Shown here: piece after piece, positions 9,896 to 22,588 of the stretch
How the letters are laid out: each line of letters begins with the position of its first letter
How positions within the stretch are numbered: the first letter of the stretch is position 1
Source: Eukaryota sp. GEM-RC1
Taxonomy: Eukaryota
Assembly: GCA_040285855.1 (NCBI GenBank)
Contig: JAUFOQ010000002.1
Span: 2,604,001 to 2,668,000, forward strand
Direction: 5' to 3'
Length of the DNA stretch: 64,000 nt
The notes under the pieces: generated by a model
Databases searched by the model: none
What the model saw: only the letters and a program-made list of their open reading frames with translations
What the model was told of the DNA's origin: nothing
Translations under genes and position numbers: made by a program

Positions 9896-12800
9896 ATGTC
9901 TGACAACAGAAGCCACAGCACTCAGGCCGCTGGAGCTGCAACTTCAGGCACAGTCTTTTCTCGATTGCAAACTGACGTTTTTTCGTTGTTATTCAGATTG
10001 TCACGTTGCTTCCCCTCTCGTCATTCGATTTTGGCCCAAATCTGTTTTTATGTAGAGCTGTTACGTATGTCATCTTCCCTCGCTAACTCTTGAATTGTTA
10101 GGACTCGTCATCAATCCATTCCTGAAACCCTTTAATGATGCGATTGATCCTCGGTTTTTCCTTTTTCGCTTACTGTTTCCGTCAATGTATGATGACGTTT
10201 CAGTATGGGGCTTGTCGTTTGAACAACTGTCGGTGTTCTATCTCTCAATATCTTTTTGTTATTATCGCTCCTCAGTTATGGGTACTATTGTGTAAAGCGT
10301 GAAACGATTAGACCAATGGTGATGAAGCTTATCCGCGTAGTACTCGAAGGGTATTCAACTGTCCTGTTTCTTCCACTGATCCTTCATTTTTCGGTGCTAC
10401 TAAAATGTTCTGATGCCACTAGGTTCTGGCGAGTTTCATTGGACCGATGTCACATTCCCTCATCCATCATTTTCCGATTATTAGGTATTCTGACCCTACT
10501 GTTTTCTGTTTGTGTGAAGTTCATTCATTCCCTCTCCCAATTCCATCATTCTCCATCTCAACGAACTTTCTTTGGTCGTCCTCACTCTCGATGGCTTACC
10601 TTATTCAACCTTCTACGTCTTCTTCTTGTCTTCTCTCTTACTGTGCTCGATCATCTTCCTCTGGTGTTTGAAGTCTCCTATGTGATCATCGCCATCACTT
10701 CTCTTGTTACTTTTCTCTTCATGCATCCCTTCTTCGTCATGAAAGCTAACTCTCGAGTTGCCGGCTTCCTTGGTACTTGGGCTCTTACTTCATGCGTCTG
10801 GCTCTTGAAGGAAGTTAGTGATCGATATTATCCCCTCTCTTTATCAGGACTCCATATCTCTCTTATCTTTAACTCATCCATGGTCCTTGGTTTCATCATC
10901 TTCTACTTGACTTCCCACTTCCTTCAACGCCGTTCTCTAACCACCTTAATCCGCCTCAACTCTAAGTGTCTTGATGAGAACTCTGATGCTATTAACGATC
11001 AGGATATTGTCCTTCCTCGGGTTAGATCCCATTACAAGGCAGAGTTGCTCTCTAGATCGTTACTAACTTCTAGAGTTCCTCCGGTTGCCTTAGAGCTCAT
11101 AGTAAAGGCAATGTTTGAAAATTTAACTGAAAGTAATCCTGATATACCAGAATATTTAATTTCTCGTACTTATTTCGAATTAATCCATCTCAAGTCCCCT
11201 CTAACTGCCCTTGTCACTCTGAATTCCATCTCCACACTTGACGTCGACATTTCCCTCTTTGATGAATATCTCATCTTTGCCCTCAAACAAGAAGTTGAGA
11301 AGATGCGTCGAGCCCAGAACACTGGTCACTCAATTGACGCGGGAAGCTTTGTTATACTCCAACGACAACTTTCTGAAGCCAAGGATCTTTACAAGGATTC
11401 TTTGGACCATCTACGAGCCTTTTGGTCTCACTTATTATCTGAAAATGTTAACTTACAAGCACTTCCAGCACTCACTCAGAGGATATTCACTACTAGAACT
11501 CAATGTAATGAGTCGTTTAAGAAGTTGTTGAATAGCGGGAAAGGAAATATTGAAATATTATCTGCTTACATGGATTTTGTTAGGGATGTTCTTCAGGACG
11601 ATGAACTTTTACAGCACTTACAGACTCAGTACGACCTTCTCCAGAGTGATTCAGCCAATAATAGCTCTAATGATGGGAAGAGCTCACGGAACATGTCAGA
11701 AGCAGGGTCTACAGCTGGTCGATCCTTTACTTCTGGAGCAGTAAGAAGAAGGAAGAGAAAAGGAAAGACTATTGATTTATCAGGAGCACTGACTCAATCA
11801 TCTGGAGCTGAATCATCAATCAATTCACTCAATCAATCAATTTTGACTGCGTTTGTTGTTGTTCTCGTACTATCAGTTATCTCCTATTATGCGTGGTCTT
11901 CTGCCATGGACGAGGTTGAGATTTCTACCTTGCAATTCTTTGAGTCTGGTCATTTAGGCTACTTGGTTAATAGAATTGGACTCTTCTCATTACTACGTGA
12001 TGCAGTGATTCACCCTCTGGAATCTGTAGGAATTCCCGAGTTTTCTGTTGACATTTTGACCTCCTCAATAATTGACGATGCTCGTCACTTATTATTCCAC
12101 GTTCGTCGACTTTACTTAGGTTCTGAGACTGTTACTGGGGACACCTACTTATGCACTGGTGTTGATCAGGACACGTTTGTATCTCCAATGGTCAATTCCC
12201 CTCTCCAAGACGTTTTTGTCGGTGAGTCTATTCCAATGTTTGAAGCTACAATGACGATCCCTTCTTTGTCAAGCTCAAAAGTGGTATCATTTTGGGATGT
12301 TGTTCTGAGCTATTCTCAAATGGCAACCACTTTAAACAATGACGTGATGGAAAGTGGATTGACTGGACATACCGTCTCTTCCCGATTTATACAGGACAAT
12401 CAGTTTTCATTATATGATGGTGTTTATCGTCTCTGGCATTCTTTGGAATCACATAACAGCTCGTTTATCAATCAAATGACTGGGGTTGGAATCTTCGTTG
12501 CGTGTCTAAACGTGTTTTTATTATTTTGTTTAGGATACTTCCTATTTCGAAAAGCTTTTCAACGTATTTCAGCTGAACGGAACTACATTTTGAATCTCTT
12601 TCTGTACATTCCAAAGCCCGCGATTGTAAAAGTGTTATCTGAAGAGAAATTTTCGAAAAAGTCTAAAGTTTTCAATGCCGCTTCATATAGTGATTCTGAT
12701 TCCTCTGACGGCGAAGATGATAGTCACGTGGAGCAGCGCCAGATTGAAACGTCAACTTCCAAGGTTTCTGATTTGGTCTACAATTTAGACGAAGAGACCG

Positions 12801-15261
12801 CCTCTGAACAACGTGAAAACCCTGGTTGGAGTCGTCGTGTTATTCAATCAATTTTGATTGTCATTGTGTTTGTTGTAATTGGAAGTTCGATATCGTTTTT
12901 TGCTCTTTACAGTTCTCTTGGAGACGTTTCTGAGTTGAACTTGGATTCTATTGAAATTTTAGCTCTTGTTCAAAATTTAAATATTTTGCAGCGTGACACG
13001 TGTTACCTTCCTCTACATTATGCCCAATTTTCTGATATTCAAAGTTTTGATGATTATTGGAAGATAATCGGTTCAGGCAAACGTAATGTTCTCGTATCAA
13101 AATTAACTGAATTTATTGATGATTCTAATCTCATTGATATGCTCGGTCAAAATAACTACTACAATGATCTCCTTTTTTATTACGAAAGAGTTGCTCTCTA
13201 TTTAGCTACGATCGCTAATGGAGTTGATTTGTCACGATTCGATCAGTTGAGCTCTTTTGAGTATGATTTGGAAAGTGAATCACGATATCATCATAATTTA
13301 GTGCGATATCCAAATGCTCAAATGATGTATAATAATTCAAATTTTGATCAACATTTACCACCTGATCAACAACGTTTAATTGCTCGAGATTTAATGTCAA
13401 ATGAGATTTACGTTGATTATCGTCATAAAGCTCTTGGAGCTCTTCAAAATCTTGACCGTGACTTCAGCTCTTACGTATCAGATACTATAAATAGCGCCAA
13501 CGTTCAAGCGCTGTCAACTCTACGTTCCAATTTGATAATTCCAGTTTTTGTTGTGGTTTCTCTTGTTGCATTACTATTATTCTCTTTTAAAAAAGTTGGT
13601 GATATTTAGATTTAAGAGATCTTTGTTAATTCTTACTGTAATTATTGTTCTTCTTTCAGTCTTAATAATTGGTCTTACTCTGGGTAATCTTCAGTCAATG
13701 AATCTAGCTAGTGAAGAAATGGATCTAAAAGATGAAATTCTCTCTGTAATTCAACAAGCCGAAATTTCCAATCAACAGTTTAATTATAGGTCTGCTCTTT
13801 TTCCCAATTTGGATCTCAACTTCATTTTCTGCGTGCATTGGGGTCAACTGATTATTCACTGAGCTCTAATTTTGGAATTGCAGGGGTGGATTTCTTGGAG
13901 TTTTGAACCATTTACCACGCTTAATTTCAAAATTAAAAGAGTTTTTAGATTCTGAACACGATAGCTTTGCAATCACTGCCATGGGTCCCACTCTTAGTCA
14001 AGTGCTATCAGCTGAGCCCTTATTCAATCGATCACGTGAGTTAGAGTCCATTGCTCTCAGAATTGGTGCACATGGATTTGAATTTTCATCAGATTTAAAA
14101 TCTCATGTCGACCATTTCCAGTGGAACTTTACTGCTGAAGGCAACTATTATGTCCAACGTGAGCTTTATTCATATGTTTCTGAGGATAGACTGTACTCAA
14201 CTGATGAAGAGGACCTTTCTAAGTCACCAGAGGAGTTGCAAGTGCTTTGCCGTGCTGTTTTGTTTGGTCCTCAGTATTATGATGCGTGGACATCCACCAC
14301 TTCGCAACTTTCATCAATCAAAAATGATTATCTTCACCGGTTTTCTATTCCTTTTACCGAACTTTTAGATCGTATACGATTCTTTGTGTTTCTCTCCTTC
14401 ATTTTATCACTCATTTTATTATTATTCATCATTTGTTCAGTTTTCCTATTTTATTTCGCTCTGACCCCACCAACTACAGAAAGTTCTCATATCAAACAAC
14501 GAGTAGTTATTGACTTAGTGCAAATCTTGACTCGACAATATGTGTTATCCTTATCTATTATAGGTGTTTTACTAACCGTATTCTTTGTATTTGGACTAAT
14601 GTCCATTAGAAATACTTCTCATATTTCCTCTGAGATGAATTTAGCTGGTCAACGGCTATCTCAAATGCAGATGAGTGCTGCACATACCTTGTTGGCAATA
14701 TCAGAACCAGTTAATCGTCAGTTATACAGAAATGAGCTCGTCAATTGTCTTGATCAATTAGACTCAGTCAATTCTCGATTAGTCTTTGGGTCTGATGGAA
14801 AATCTGGTTCTGCAGGAAGAAATTCAGATCAAGACTTCTTAATGTTTGCATTTGATACTGATACTAATACTTCTATTGGTTTATCTATTCTATTACGCCA
14901 ATTCTTATCCTTAGGATATCAATTTGCAACGGCAGTTGAAGGATTAGAGTTTTCATTCAATTCTACTTTTGTTACTGATATCTTAGACTTAAGAAGTAGA
15001 CTTGAGGAGCAAATGGTAGAAAGCTTGTCTGTATATCGAGATGATGCCCTTCAGTTGGTTGGCACTCATTTGCTTTATATCAGAGTGTCCTTTGGGGTTT
15101 GTGTTTTAGCCACCATATTTATATTCTTTTCAGTTTTTAGAAAGATGATTCGAAGGTTAAAGAATGAGGAAGCAGTTACTTTGACTCTACTATCTAATAT
15201 TCCAAAGTCGGTGATTGCTGAAGTCCCTTTGATTGCCAATTATTTGATCGACAGGGATTAA
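9896..15261 (+). CDS. Large multi-pass membrane protein, TmcB/TmcC (tiny macrocyst)-like, with repeated sensor-like modules
   Basis: N-terminal TM bundle, helical TPR-like region (HLRAFWSHL, YMDFVRDV), repeated TM-loop-TM units ending LFLYIPK / LLSNIPK, and a PilJ/NarX-like MNLAGQRLSQ. Intron 10065..10101. Homopolymer frameshifts near 10250, 13590, 13800 and 13900. Confidence 0.7.
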
Positions 15262-15924
15262 TTGTCTATTTTCTTTTTAATTTTGGATGTGTTTATTGTT
15301 TAATGCTATAAAATATTATTTAATGAATATCCATTTTATTATTTTTATATTATTTTCAGCGTGCTAGAATGAGTTGTTTTGTCTCAAAAATACTGGTGAC
15401 CCGGAAATATTGAATTGATTGACATCATCAATGATTGGAAATTCCCATGTATCTAATAGCGTCATCATTGATTCAGTACTTGATATTTATGATTGTTTCA
15501 TTTTTGTTACTTCAAAGAGACCGAGTTTACGATCTTCACTCCCTTGTTGGTCTGTTCTTCCGGACACTCGTCAAACAACACAATGTTTTCGAGATGGATT
15601 CGTTAGTAATAGGAGCAGTTTTGACTGCACATAGAATCGATTCTGATACAATTTTTGATACGTTTCTGGGAGCACTAGTTTTTGATGAGTTTCTAGGAGA
15701 AAAATACTTGTATTTGGTGTTGAGAAACAAATATGTATGAGGATCGGCTAACGTGAACTGTAATGTGTCATCACTGTCATGACAATTCTCAAAAAAGTGA
15801 CATGCGCAAGTTCTTGAGTTAAAAAACGATACAATGCTGATAATTCGTCAACACCAAAAAATGATTTTATTGGAATTATCTGTAGTTGAATTATCATTTA
15901 TACATCATATATGAGCAACTGTTA

Positions 15925-16086
15925 CACTGGTCACAATATTTAGTTTCAGTGGAAAATTAGTCTCAGTTCAAAATTAGTCTCACTGAGACTAATGTACTAG
16001 TATGTTTTGCGTCCTTTTCGACATTTTAGAGGCAAATTCCGCTAGATGAAAATTAGTCTCACTGAGACTAATTGTTGTGACCAGTG
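15925..16086. mobile_element. Tc1/mariner-type MITE (162 bp)
   Basis: TIR CACTGGTCACAA/TTGTGACCAGTG, TA TSD on both sides, internal palindromic AATTAGTCTCACTGAGACTAAT sites. Confidence 0.85.
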
Positions 16087-16099
16087 TACTTGTTGGTGG

Positions 16100-17730
16100 T
16101 TGAGTAAAGATTGTTGCTGATGATGCTTCTTTAGTTGAATCTATTGATGATATATTATCAGCCTTTCCAGTATTTATAGAGCTTTTTAATGAGATTGGTC
16201 TTCAGTTGAATTATGAAAAATGTTTTCTGATAGGTTTTTCTCCTTTTGAGTTCATTGTTGAAGGGCATACTATTCCGTTTTGCAATTATAGTGTCGATGC
16301 AATTAAGTTTTTGGGTACTTTCATTGGCAATGGCGATCAAAATTTCCTGAAGTTGGATAATTCATTGGGAAAAATTTCTGTAAAGCTTAAACAAATTGGT
16401 CAGCTGAAAATTGGTAAGCATATTTTTTTTCCCTTTTGACGTCGTGTTTTGCGTCCAAAATCCATCACTTTCTGTGCCCAATCAATACTGAACTTACTAT
16501 TGATTTAGCCAGAAAATTTAACTCTTTGAGAACTAAGTTCTTAAGTGATCTTGTAGAGGTTAATGACTCGAAATTGCCTTATCACGCGTTTTCATCAGCT
16601 AATTTTGGCGGTGTGGGTTTTTCACGAGCTTCATACTTAACCAAAAGTGCGTTTATTGGTGGAATGAAGAATTTTCTATATGAATTTAAATCCAGATACG
16701 GCTTTTTGTTTAATGAAAATCTCATTCATTCTACTCCTTGGCTAAGTTCACTAGTCTCAGTTATTGACAATTTGGATTTGGATATTTGGAACAGCTGTTT
16801 TACTTCTCATTTACCCAGTGTTCCTGAAAAATGTCCATTGTCTCTCCCTTTATGTGTGGTCAAACTTCAGAATAAGCTGTTGAAGGCATTTGAAAACCTG
16901 GATTTTGAAAATCGTTTTTGTGTTACTAAAATGAATAATCCCGTCTTTGCTGCTTTCTTCAATGATATTAAGAATTCAACTTGTTTGATCACTCAACAAC
17001 CACGTCCTTTTGGTTTGCATTTGTCTGATGAGGCGTGGAAATTAAATATGCGATTGCGTTTAGGTTTGTTTCCAGCAGTATTGCTGAAAAATTCTGCATT
17101 CGTTTGTAGTCATCGTCGTAATGCAACTTTTAGACATGTAATTAATTGCCCCAAATTTATTCAATTTGATTCTGTTCTTCATAATGCTTTCAGAGATGTT
17201 ACATTTGAAATGTTTAAAGCTCATGGATTTCATACCAAAGTTGAACCTTTATTTAGTAAGTTGGGTCTTGATATAATTAATAATTCTCGTCGAGGTGACT
17301 TACATGGTCCTTTTGTTGATTCTAGTCAATTTATCCTTGATGTTACAACAGTAGATTTATGTGCGCAAACTAATGTTAATGGCTTAAATTCGGAAAGGTT
17401 TCAATCACCTAGAAACAGCTGAAAAACGGAAAATTGATTTGTAATCCAAAGATGTTGCTAAACTCAATCAAAATTTATATTCAAAATTTATATTTGTTGC
17501 ATTTGCTATTTCTATTTTTGTAGTGTTGGTGAAATGGCTTCCAAAGTTTTTAACTGATTTTGGATCTATGTGTAAGTCTCAGAATATGAGATTTAACTGA
17601 TCAATTTGGCATAACCGTTTGATTTTTTCTGTGTTCCGTTCGGTGCCTAAGTTTTTTAAATCAATTTTCACAAAGTTGTATAAAAACTGTGGAACTGTTG
17701 ACCAGGAATTGTCGGTGTCTAGTGTTTCAT
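16100..17730 (+). mobile_element. 5'-truncated CRE-like non-LTR retrotransposon (RT end, Zn knuckle, RLE endonuclease)
   Basis: ADDASL, KFLG, ANFGGVG, MRLRLG, HVINC, RRGDL...ILDVTTVD. Confidence 0.85.
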
Positions 17731-18113
17731 AGCTTTTATTATGATATGTATTTTTGTACCCCCCATCAATAAACTGTCTGTTGTTTATGAAAAGAAATCA
17801 GAATGTCCTCATCATTACATCTGATTACATTTTTGAAAAAACAAATCAGTCCTCTCTAACAGAAAATGAATCAACAGAATTAGGCTCGGTTAAGCTAAAC
17901 GCAATATGGTATACGTATCATTTTAATATAAAATGACAATCGCGTATACTTACACACTCATTACAAGAAGATGTCTTGAGAGGTTTGTCTTGGTGTTCTG
18001 GTCAAATTGTACATCTAGTAATTGAACAAGAAATAACCACGTTTATACTGTCTTACTAATAGAAAATTCCGATTGACAGTAACTAGATTTATGCAAATGA
18101 AGCTTTACTACTG

Positions 18114-19590
18114 TCATATACCTGCTTGATCTACTACAGAACCCTCATCACTACATGATGACGTAACTGATGACTTGTCTGATTGTTCAATACAAATGCT
18201 TAATCTCTCTGTATCACTGCTACTTTCAGGTACAACTAGAGGTGTCAATGCCTCCATCTCAGTATGTTTAGGATGTACATCCCTTCCAAGACGGGGAGCA
18301 CGTGATGAAGCGTAGGGAAACAAAAGACCTGCCACAAACAACAGGCAAGAGGTCAAAATCCACGGAGAAACGTGATTCACATCAAAAAGAAGCGAAGTAA
18401 TGAGTGGAGTAGCTCTTCCAGCAGCAGACACCGCACAAACATACCCCATAATCTTCCCTTTAGTGTTCTCCGTTGCCCAAAAGGAAGCCAAAGCAGTACT
18501 GGTCGACATCATTGCTGATTTTGCAACAGACATTGGTATAACTAGTACAGTTAGAAACGGTATTGATCCGGGAACTAGATACAAAAAGCCAATCATTAGA
18601 GAAATGACCATGTTCATATAACTAGCACAGGCTGCAGCTGTCCCTTCAGACTTAAAGAAGGCTAAATACTTCTTAATGAACTTCCATTGAAAGGTTACAA
18701 TTGTTATACCAGATATAGCCATCATCCCTGAGTAGTGAAGGGTCGTCCCATCTAGAACTCGTTGGAGAGTAAGAGGGAGGAGAGATTGCATGTTGGAGAT
18801 CATAATCCAATTGAATAGGGTGCAGAGTAAAACTATTTTGAATGCCTTCCAGTCGACATCTGTGGGCACGTCATCGATTGCTGATTTCGACCCTGATTGA
18901 GTTTTGACTGAATCTGCATTCTCAAACCACAAGAAAGCAACTGTAAAGGACAGAAACACAAAGAAAGACGCGACATAACAAGTTATTCGGAAATTGAAGA
19001 GTTCATAGAGAATTCCACCCAAAAGAGGTCCTACCGAGATTGCAACTCCCTGTGAAGCCCCTGATAGTCCAAGATAAGAAGATCTCTCACTTGGAAGAGT
19101 TACGTCACTGATATAAGCCTGGCAGACAGTGGTCAGACCAGCGAAGATTCCCGCGAAAGCACGGGCAAGAACTAGATGGAAAACAGAAGTAGCGAAGGAT
19201 GTTAAAACGATTGCTAGACTGAGTCCAGATAAGCAAAAAAGAAGGAGAAATCGACGACCAAATTTGTCGGACAACTTACCCTGAAATCAAAATAAAACAG
19301 ATAAAGATACATCATACGAGTAGCGGAGAGGCAAAGAATTGAGTAATGGCAAAGATGCCAATGACTAAACCGACATCAAATCCTCGATCAGAGAACTGGG
19401 CGATGTATTCAGGGGAATAAGGGGTTCACAACAGAGAACCCAAAGTAGGCAGCTGCAGAAGCTGCAAGCACAACAAAAATTCCCTTTTTCTGGAGTGCAG
19501 AGCTTGCGGAGAAAGAGTGGGTGTAGGAGTTACAGAGCGTATGATTTCCCCTGAGGGTAGACAATAGGAGTCTGATCTTGGGCGATCCAT
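18114..19590 (-). CDS. MFS transporter (TetA/MFSD-like drug:H+ antiporter family)
   Basis: Motif A GKLSDKFGRR, ARAFAG, GPLLGG. Intron 19281..19317. The 5' part has apparent indels; ATG at 19590 is inferred. Confidence 0.85.
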
Positions 19591-20550
19591 CTAGATGTGA
19601 GTTGCTTTCGTCTCAAAATTCTAGGGATAGGCTAAATACACACCCCCACGGATGACATTTTCTTTCTCGCACAACAATTCTTTTCCTTGGTTGCCGTTGT
19701 TCTCTCCATCTACTTTCCTTGCAAACATAGACTTTCCTTTATTGATATTGTTATACATTATGTTATCTCATCTGTTTCTTTCTTCTTTCCTCTGTAACAG
19801 TAATTGCTTATTGTTCTCACTATTTCCTCGTTGTTCTTAGCGGCATTCACTATTTCAGGTTTTGAACTCGTAAATTGAGATCCTACTTTTCTTCGACAAC
19901 AGCTTGATAGGTATTCCTAAGTGCCCCTGTGGATGATAGTCATCAGTAAGTAGTCAACAGCATGGCTAGGGCTTTTAAGAAACAAGCCTGACACATTTGA
20001 CGTACCGATAGACATCACTTCTCAAAAAAGGAAGTTATCAGCTTTCAATGGAAGACTACAAGCTTGAATTTAATAAATTGCAACGTACATCATAATTAAA
20101 GTCAGTTGTTGTACCTGGTGTATGGACAGTATGATCTGCATGATATAAGACACATTTATCTGCATCAATAAACAAAACATGTTCTACTCTTTCTGCTAAC
20201 TTCTCCATGAGTCAAATGTGGGAAGCAGGTGTCACAGGGCAATCTTACAGTAACTAGAGTATCACTAAATTTCCGTTGTCTTCTGATCATAGAGCGATAG
20301 GTCACAATGTCTGAGCTCTGGGAAAGAGTTGTAATAAAATGGAAGCCAATATATTAATGCTTGCTGAACACGTTCGCTTAAGTAAACACTGCTCCTAAAA
20401 AGAAAACACAGAGTGTAATGCATTGAGGAAAACATGTACGGGATAGATGGATTGAGATGAGAAGGAATCAATCAGGGGAAGAATTGTTGTATCAAGGAAA
20501 AATTGTCATCCGTGGGGGTGTGTATTTAGCCTGGACCAAATTCTATTGTT

Positions 20551-21513
20551 ATGGAGAGCACCACTTCTCACACTGGTGCTTTTTTCAAGTCTTCTCTTGC
20601 ATTTGCCACACTCTTACCACTTCTTTCTGTACTATATGTTGTTCATTATTACTTTGTCCGACGATTATCTTGCAAACCCTTCTTGCCCAAAGGATCTCTA
20701 GTGAGCTCCAATTTCAGTTCAATTGATGCTCTTCTAAATTCACCGGGTACTTTAGACATTTCGATCATCATTCCTGCTTTCAATGAGGAACGGCGACTTC
20801 CTGGAATGCTTGATAAAACAATTCCGTTTTTCCATGCCAAATACGGTTCAAATTTTGAAATCATAGTAGTTTCTGATGGCTCCAGTGATGGAACCGTTTC
20901 TTACCTTCAAAAAACTTCTGAAAAACATCCTGAAGTCCACTATATTCATCTGGCCCAAAACAAAGGAAAAGGGTTTGCAGTTAAGGTAGGAATCCATTTC
21001 TCCAGAGGGAAACGTATTCTGTTTGCTGATGCTGACGGTGCTACGAGTCTCGATTGTTTTGATCGTCTGAACAACAGCCTTTCATGTCACCTTTCTCAGT
21101 CCAAGGAAAGCGATATGGTTGCAGCGTTTGGTTCACGTGCTCACTTGGCTGATTCTGAAGAAGTCAAACGAAAGTTGTTCAGGGTGTTTTTAATGAAGTG
21201 TTTTCATTTCGTGGTGTGGTCAGTTATTGGAAATAGAGTTAAAGATACTCAGTGTGGGTTCAAATTGTTTACGCGATCAGCTGCAAGGCAAATCTTCCCT
21301 CAATTACATATCAATCGTTGGGCATTTGATGTTGAAATGTTGTATATAGCTAAGAAGTTGAACATTCCTGTTGATGAAGTTTATGTTGACTGGAGAGAAG
21401 TAGAAGGGTCTAAGCTCAATATTGCGAGTGATTCTGTACAAATGCTGAGGGATTTAATGTTTATTCGGTTATGTTATCTGGGCGGTCTTTGGAATGTGTC
21501 TCCAATTGTGTAA
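20551..21513 (+). CDS. ALG5: Dolichyl-phosphate beta-glucosyltransferase
   Basis: IIPAFNEERRL, NKGKGFAV, FADADGAT, DTQCGFKLFTR, WAFDVE. Confidence 0.93.
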   Translation: MESTTSHTGAFFKSSLAFATLLPLLSVLYVVHYYFVRRLSCKPFLPKGSLVSSNFSSIDALLNSPGTLDISIIIPAFNEERRLPGMLDKTIPFFHAKYGSNFEIIVVSDGSSDGTVSYLQKTSEKHPEVHYIHLAQNKGKGFAVKVGIHFSRGKRILFADADGATSLDCFDRLNNSLSCHLSQSKESDMVAAFGSRAHLADSEEVKRKLFRVFLMKCFHFVVWSVIGNRVKDTQCGFKLFTRSAARQIFPQLHINRWAFDVEMLYIAKKLNIPVDEVYVDWREVEGSKLNIASDSVQMLRDLMFIRLCYLGGLWNVSPIV

Positions 21514-21577
21514 ATTCATTCTAATTCATTTAATGATGTACAAACTAATTTATTACAAACTACATACAACTAACAAA

Positions 21578-22291
21578 CTAGAACACCTTACAACAAGAAT
21601 CACCATAACTGCTGTCCTTATTGTTATCGTTATACAAGAAGAGAAATAGATGGGATGAATCAAGATCGAAGTTGGGATCATATCCCGTCACCTTTGACAG
21701 TATTTCAACAGCAGCAGGGATGTGAAGGGATTGACAACATGCGTTAAGTGTGTGCATGACCAGTGGAATGGATGAAAGCTGGTTCAGTGTTTCGGTAGGT
21801 ATCTGACAAATCTTGTTGAAACACATTTCCTTCAAAACTTGTTGTTGTTTTGTTGTACAGATACCATAGTTATAGACCAACTGGGGCAGTAGTTCACTGT
21901 ACAACAATGATGGATGAGGATACTTTTCCCTGTAAGGAGACAACAATCGATAAACTGATCGGATATCATCAGTGGAGCAGGAATTACCAGTTAACTGTGC
22001 GAGAAAGTCAACACCAACCGAAATATCATCTCGAGAAGTGATTGCTGCAAGGATAATCACAACAGGAGCACAAACGACGTATTTGACAGATGGAAAGACG
22101 TTTGGAACTTCCAATAAGGTTGATAAGTACTCTTGAGCTAAGAAAAGTGTTTGGGATGAAAGATCGAGGAGGTCACAAGTTTCACACAACCAAGCGTTCA
22201 TCACATCTAGTTCACAATGACCATGATAAACATTGTGGTTCAAAGTGAGGGAACTGGCGACGTCTGAAGAGTCTTTAAGAATAGGAGTCAT
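21578..22291 (-). CDS. Divergent cyclin-box protein
   Basis: WLCETCDLLDLSSQTLFLAQEYL matches cyclin N-box helices. Confidence 0.55.
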   Translation of the reverse strand: MTPILKDSSDVASSLTLNHNVYHGHCELDVMNAWLCETCDLLDLSSQTLFLAQEYLSTLLEVPNVFPSVKYVVCAPVVIILAAITSRDDISVGVDFLAQLTGNSCSTDDIRSVYRLLSPYREKYPHPSLLYSELLPQLVYNYGICTTKQQQVLKEMCFNKICQIPTETLNQLSSIPLVMHTLNACCQSLHIPAAVEILSKVTGYDPNFDLDSSHLFLFLYNDNNKDSSYGDSCCKVF

Positions 22292-22588
22292 GAGCGAGGG
22301 TTGAAATCGAATCTAAAATAAGAAGGATGCGTTTCTGAAATCTTGACGTACATCTGTAGATGTTACTGAAGAAGAACCAAGTCCAACTACTGTATTTGTA
22401 CCCCATATATTTGTGCACTCATATTTGTCTGGACTAAAATGCTATTCAATCCAATGTATACACTTTCATGACGCAATGACAACAGTCATATTTCAAGATT
22501 GTAGTACAGTAATTCACAAGCACTGGATCGTATGTAAATAGTTAACACCAGAAATCCGTTCTTCAAAAACAGGAAATTTTGCCTGCAC

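Noticed and set aside
15435..15740. Possible RNase III-like fragment (DTFLGALVFD)
   Set aside because: Only a weak resemblance, with no catalytic Glu and no ATG-supported ORF. It cannot be supported without a profile search.
19900..20450. Possible box C/D snoRNA or other ncRNA in the MFS-ALG5 intergenic region
   Set aside because: No convincing C box with terminal stem, and no recognisable antisense element.
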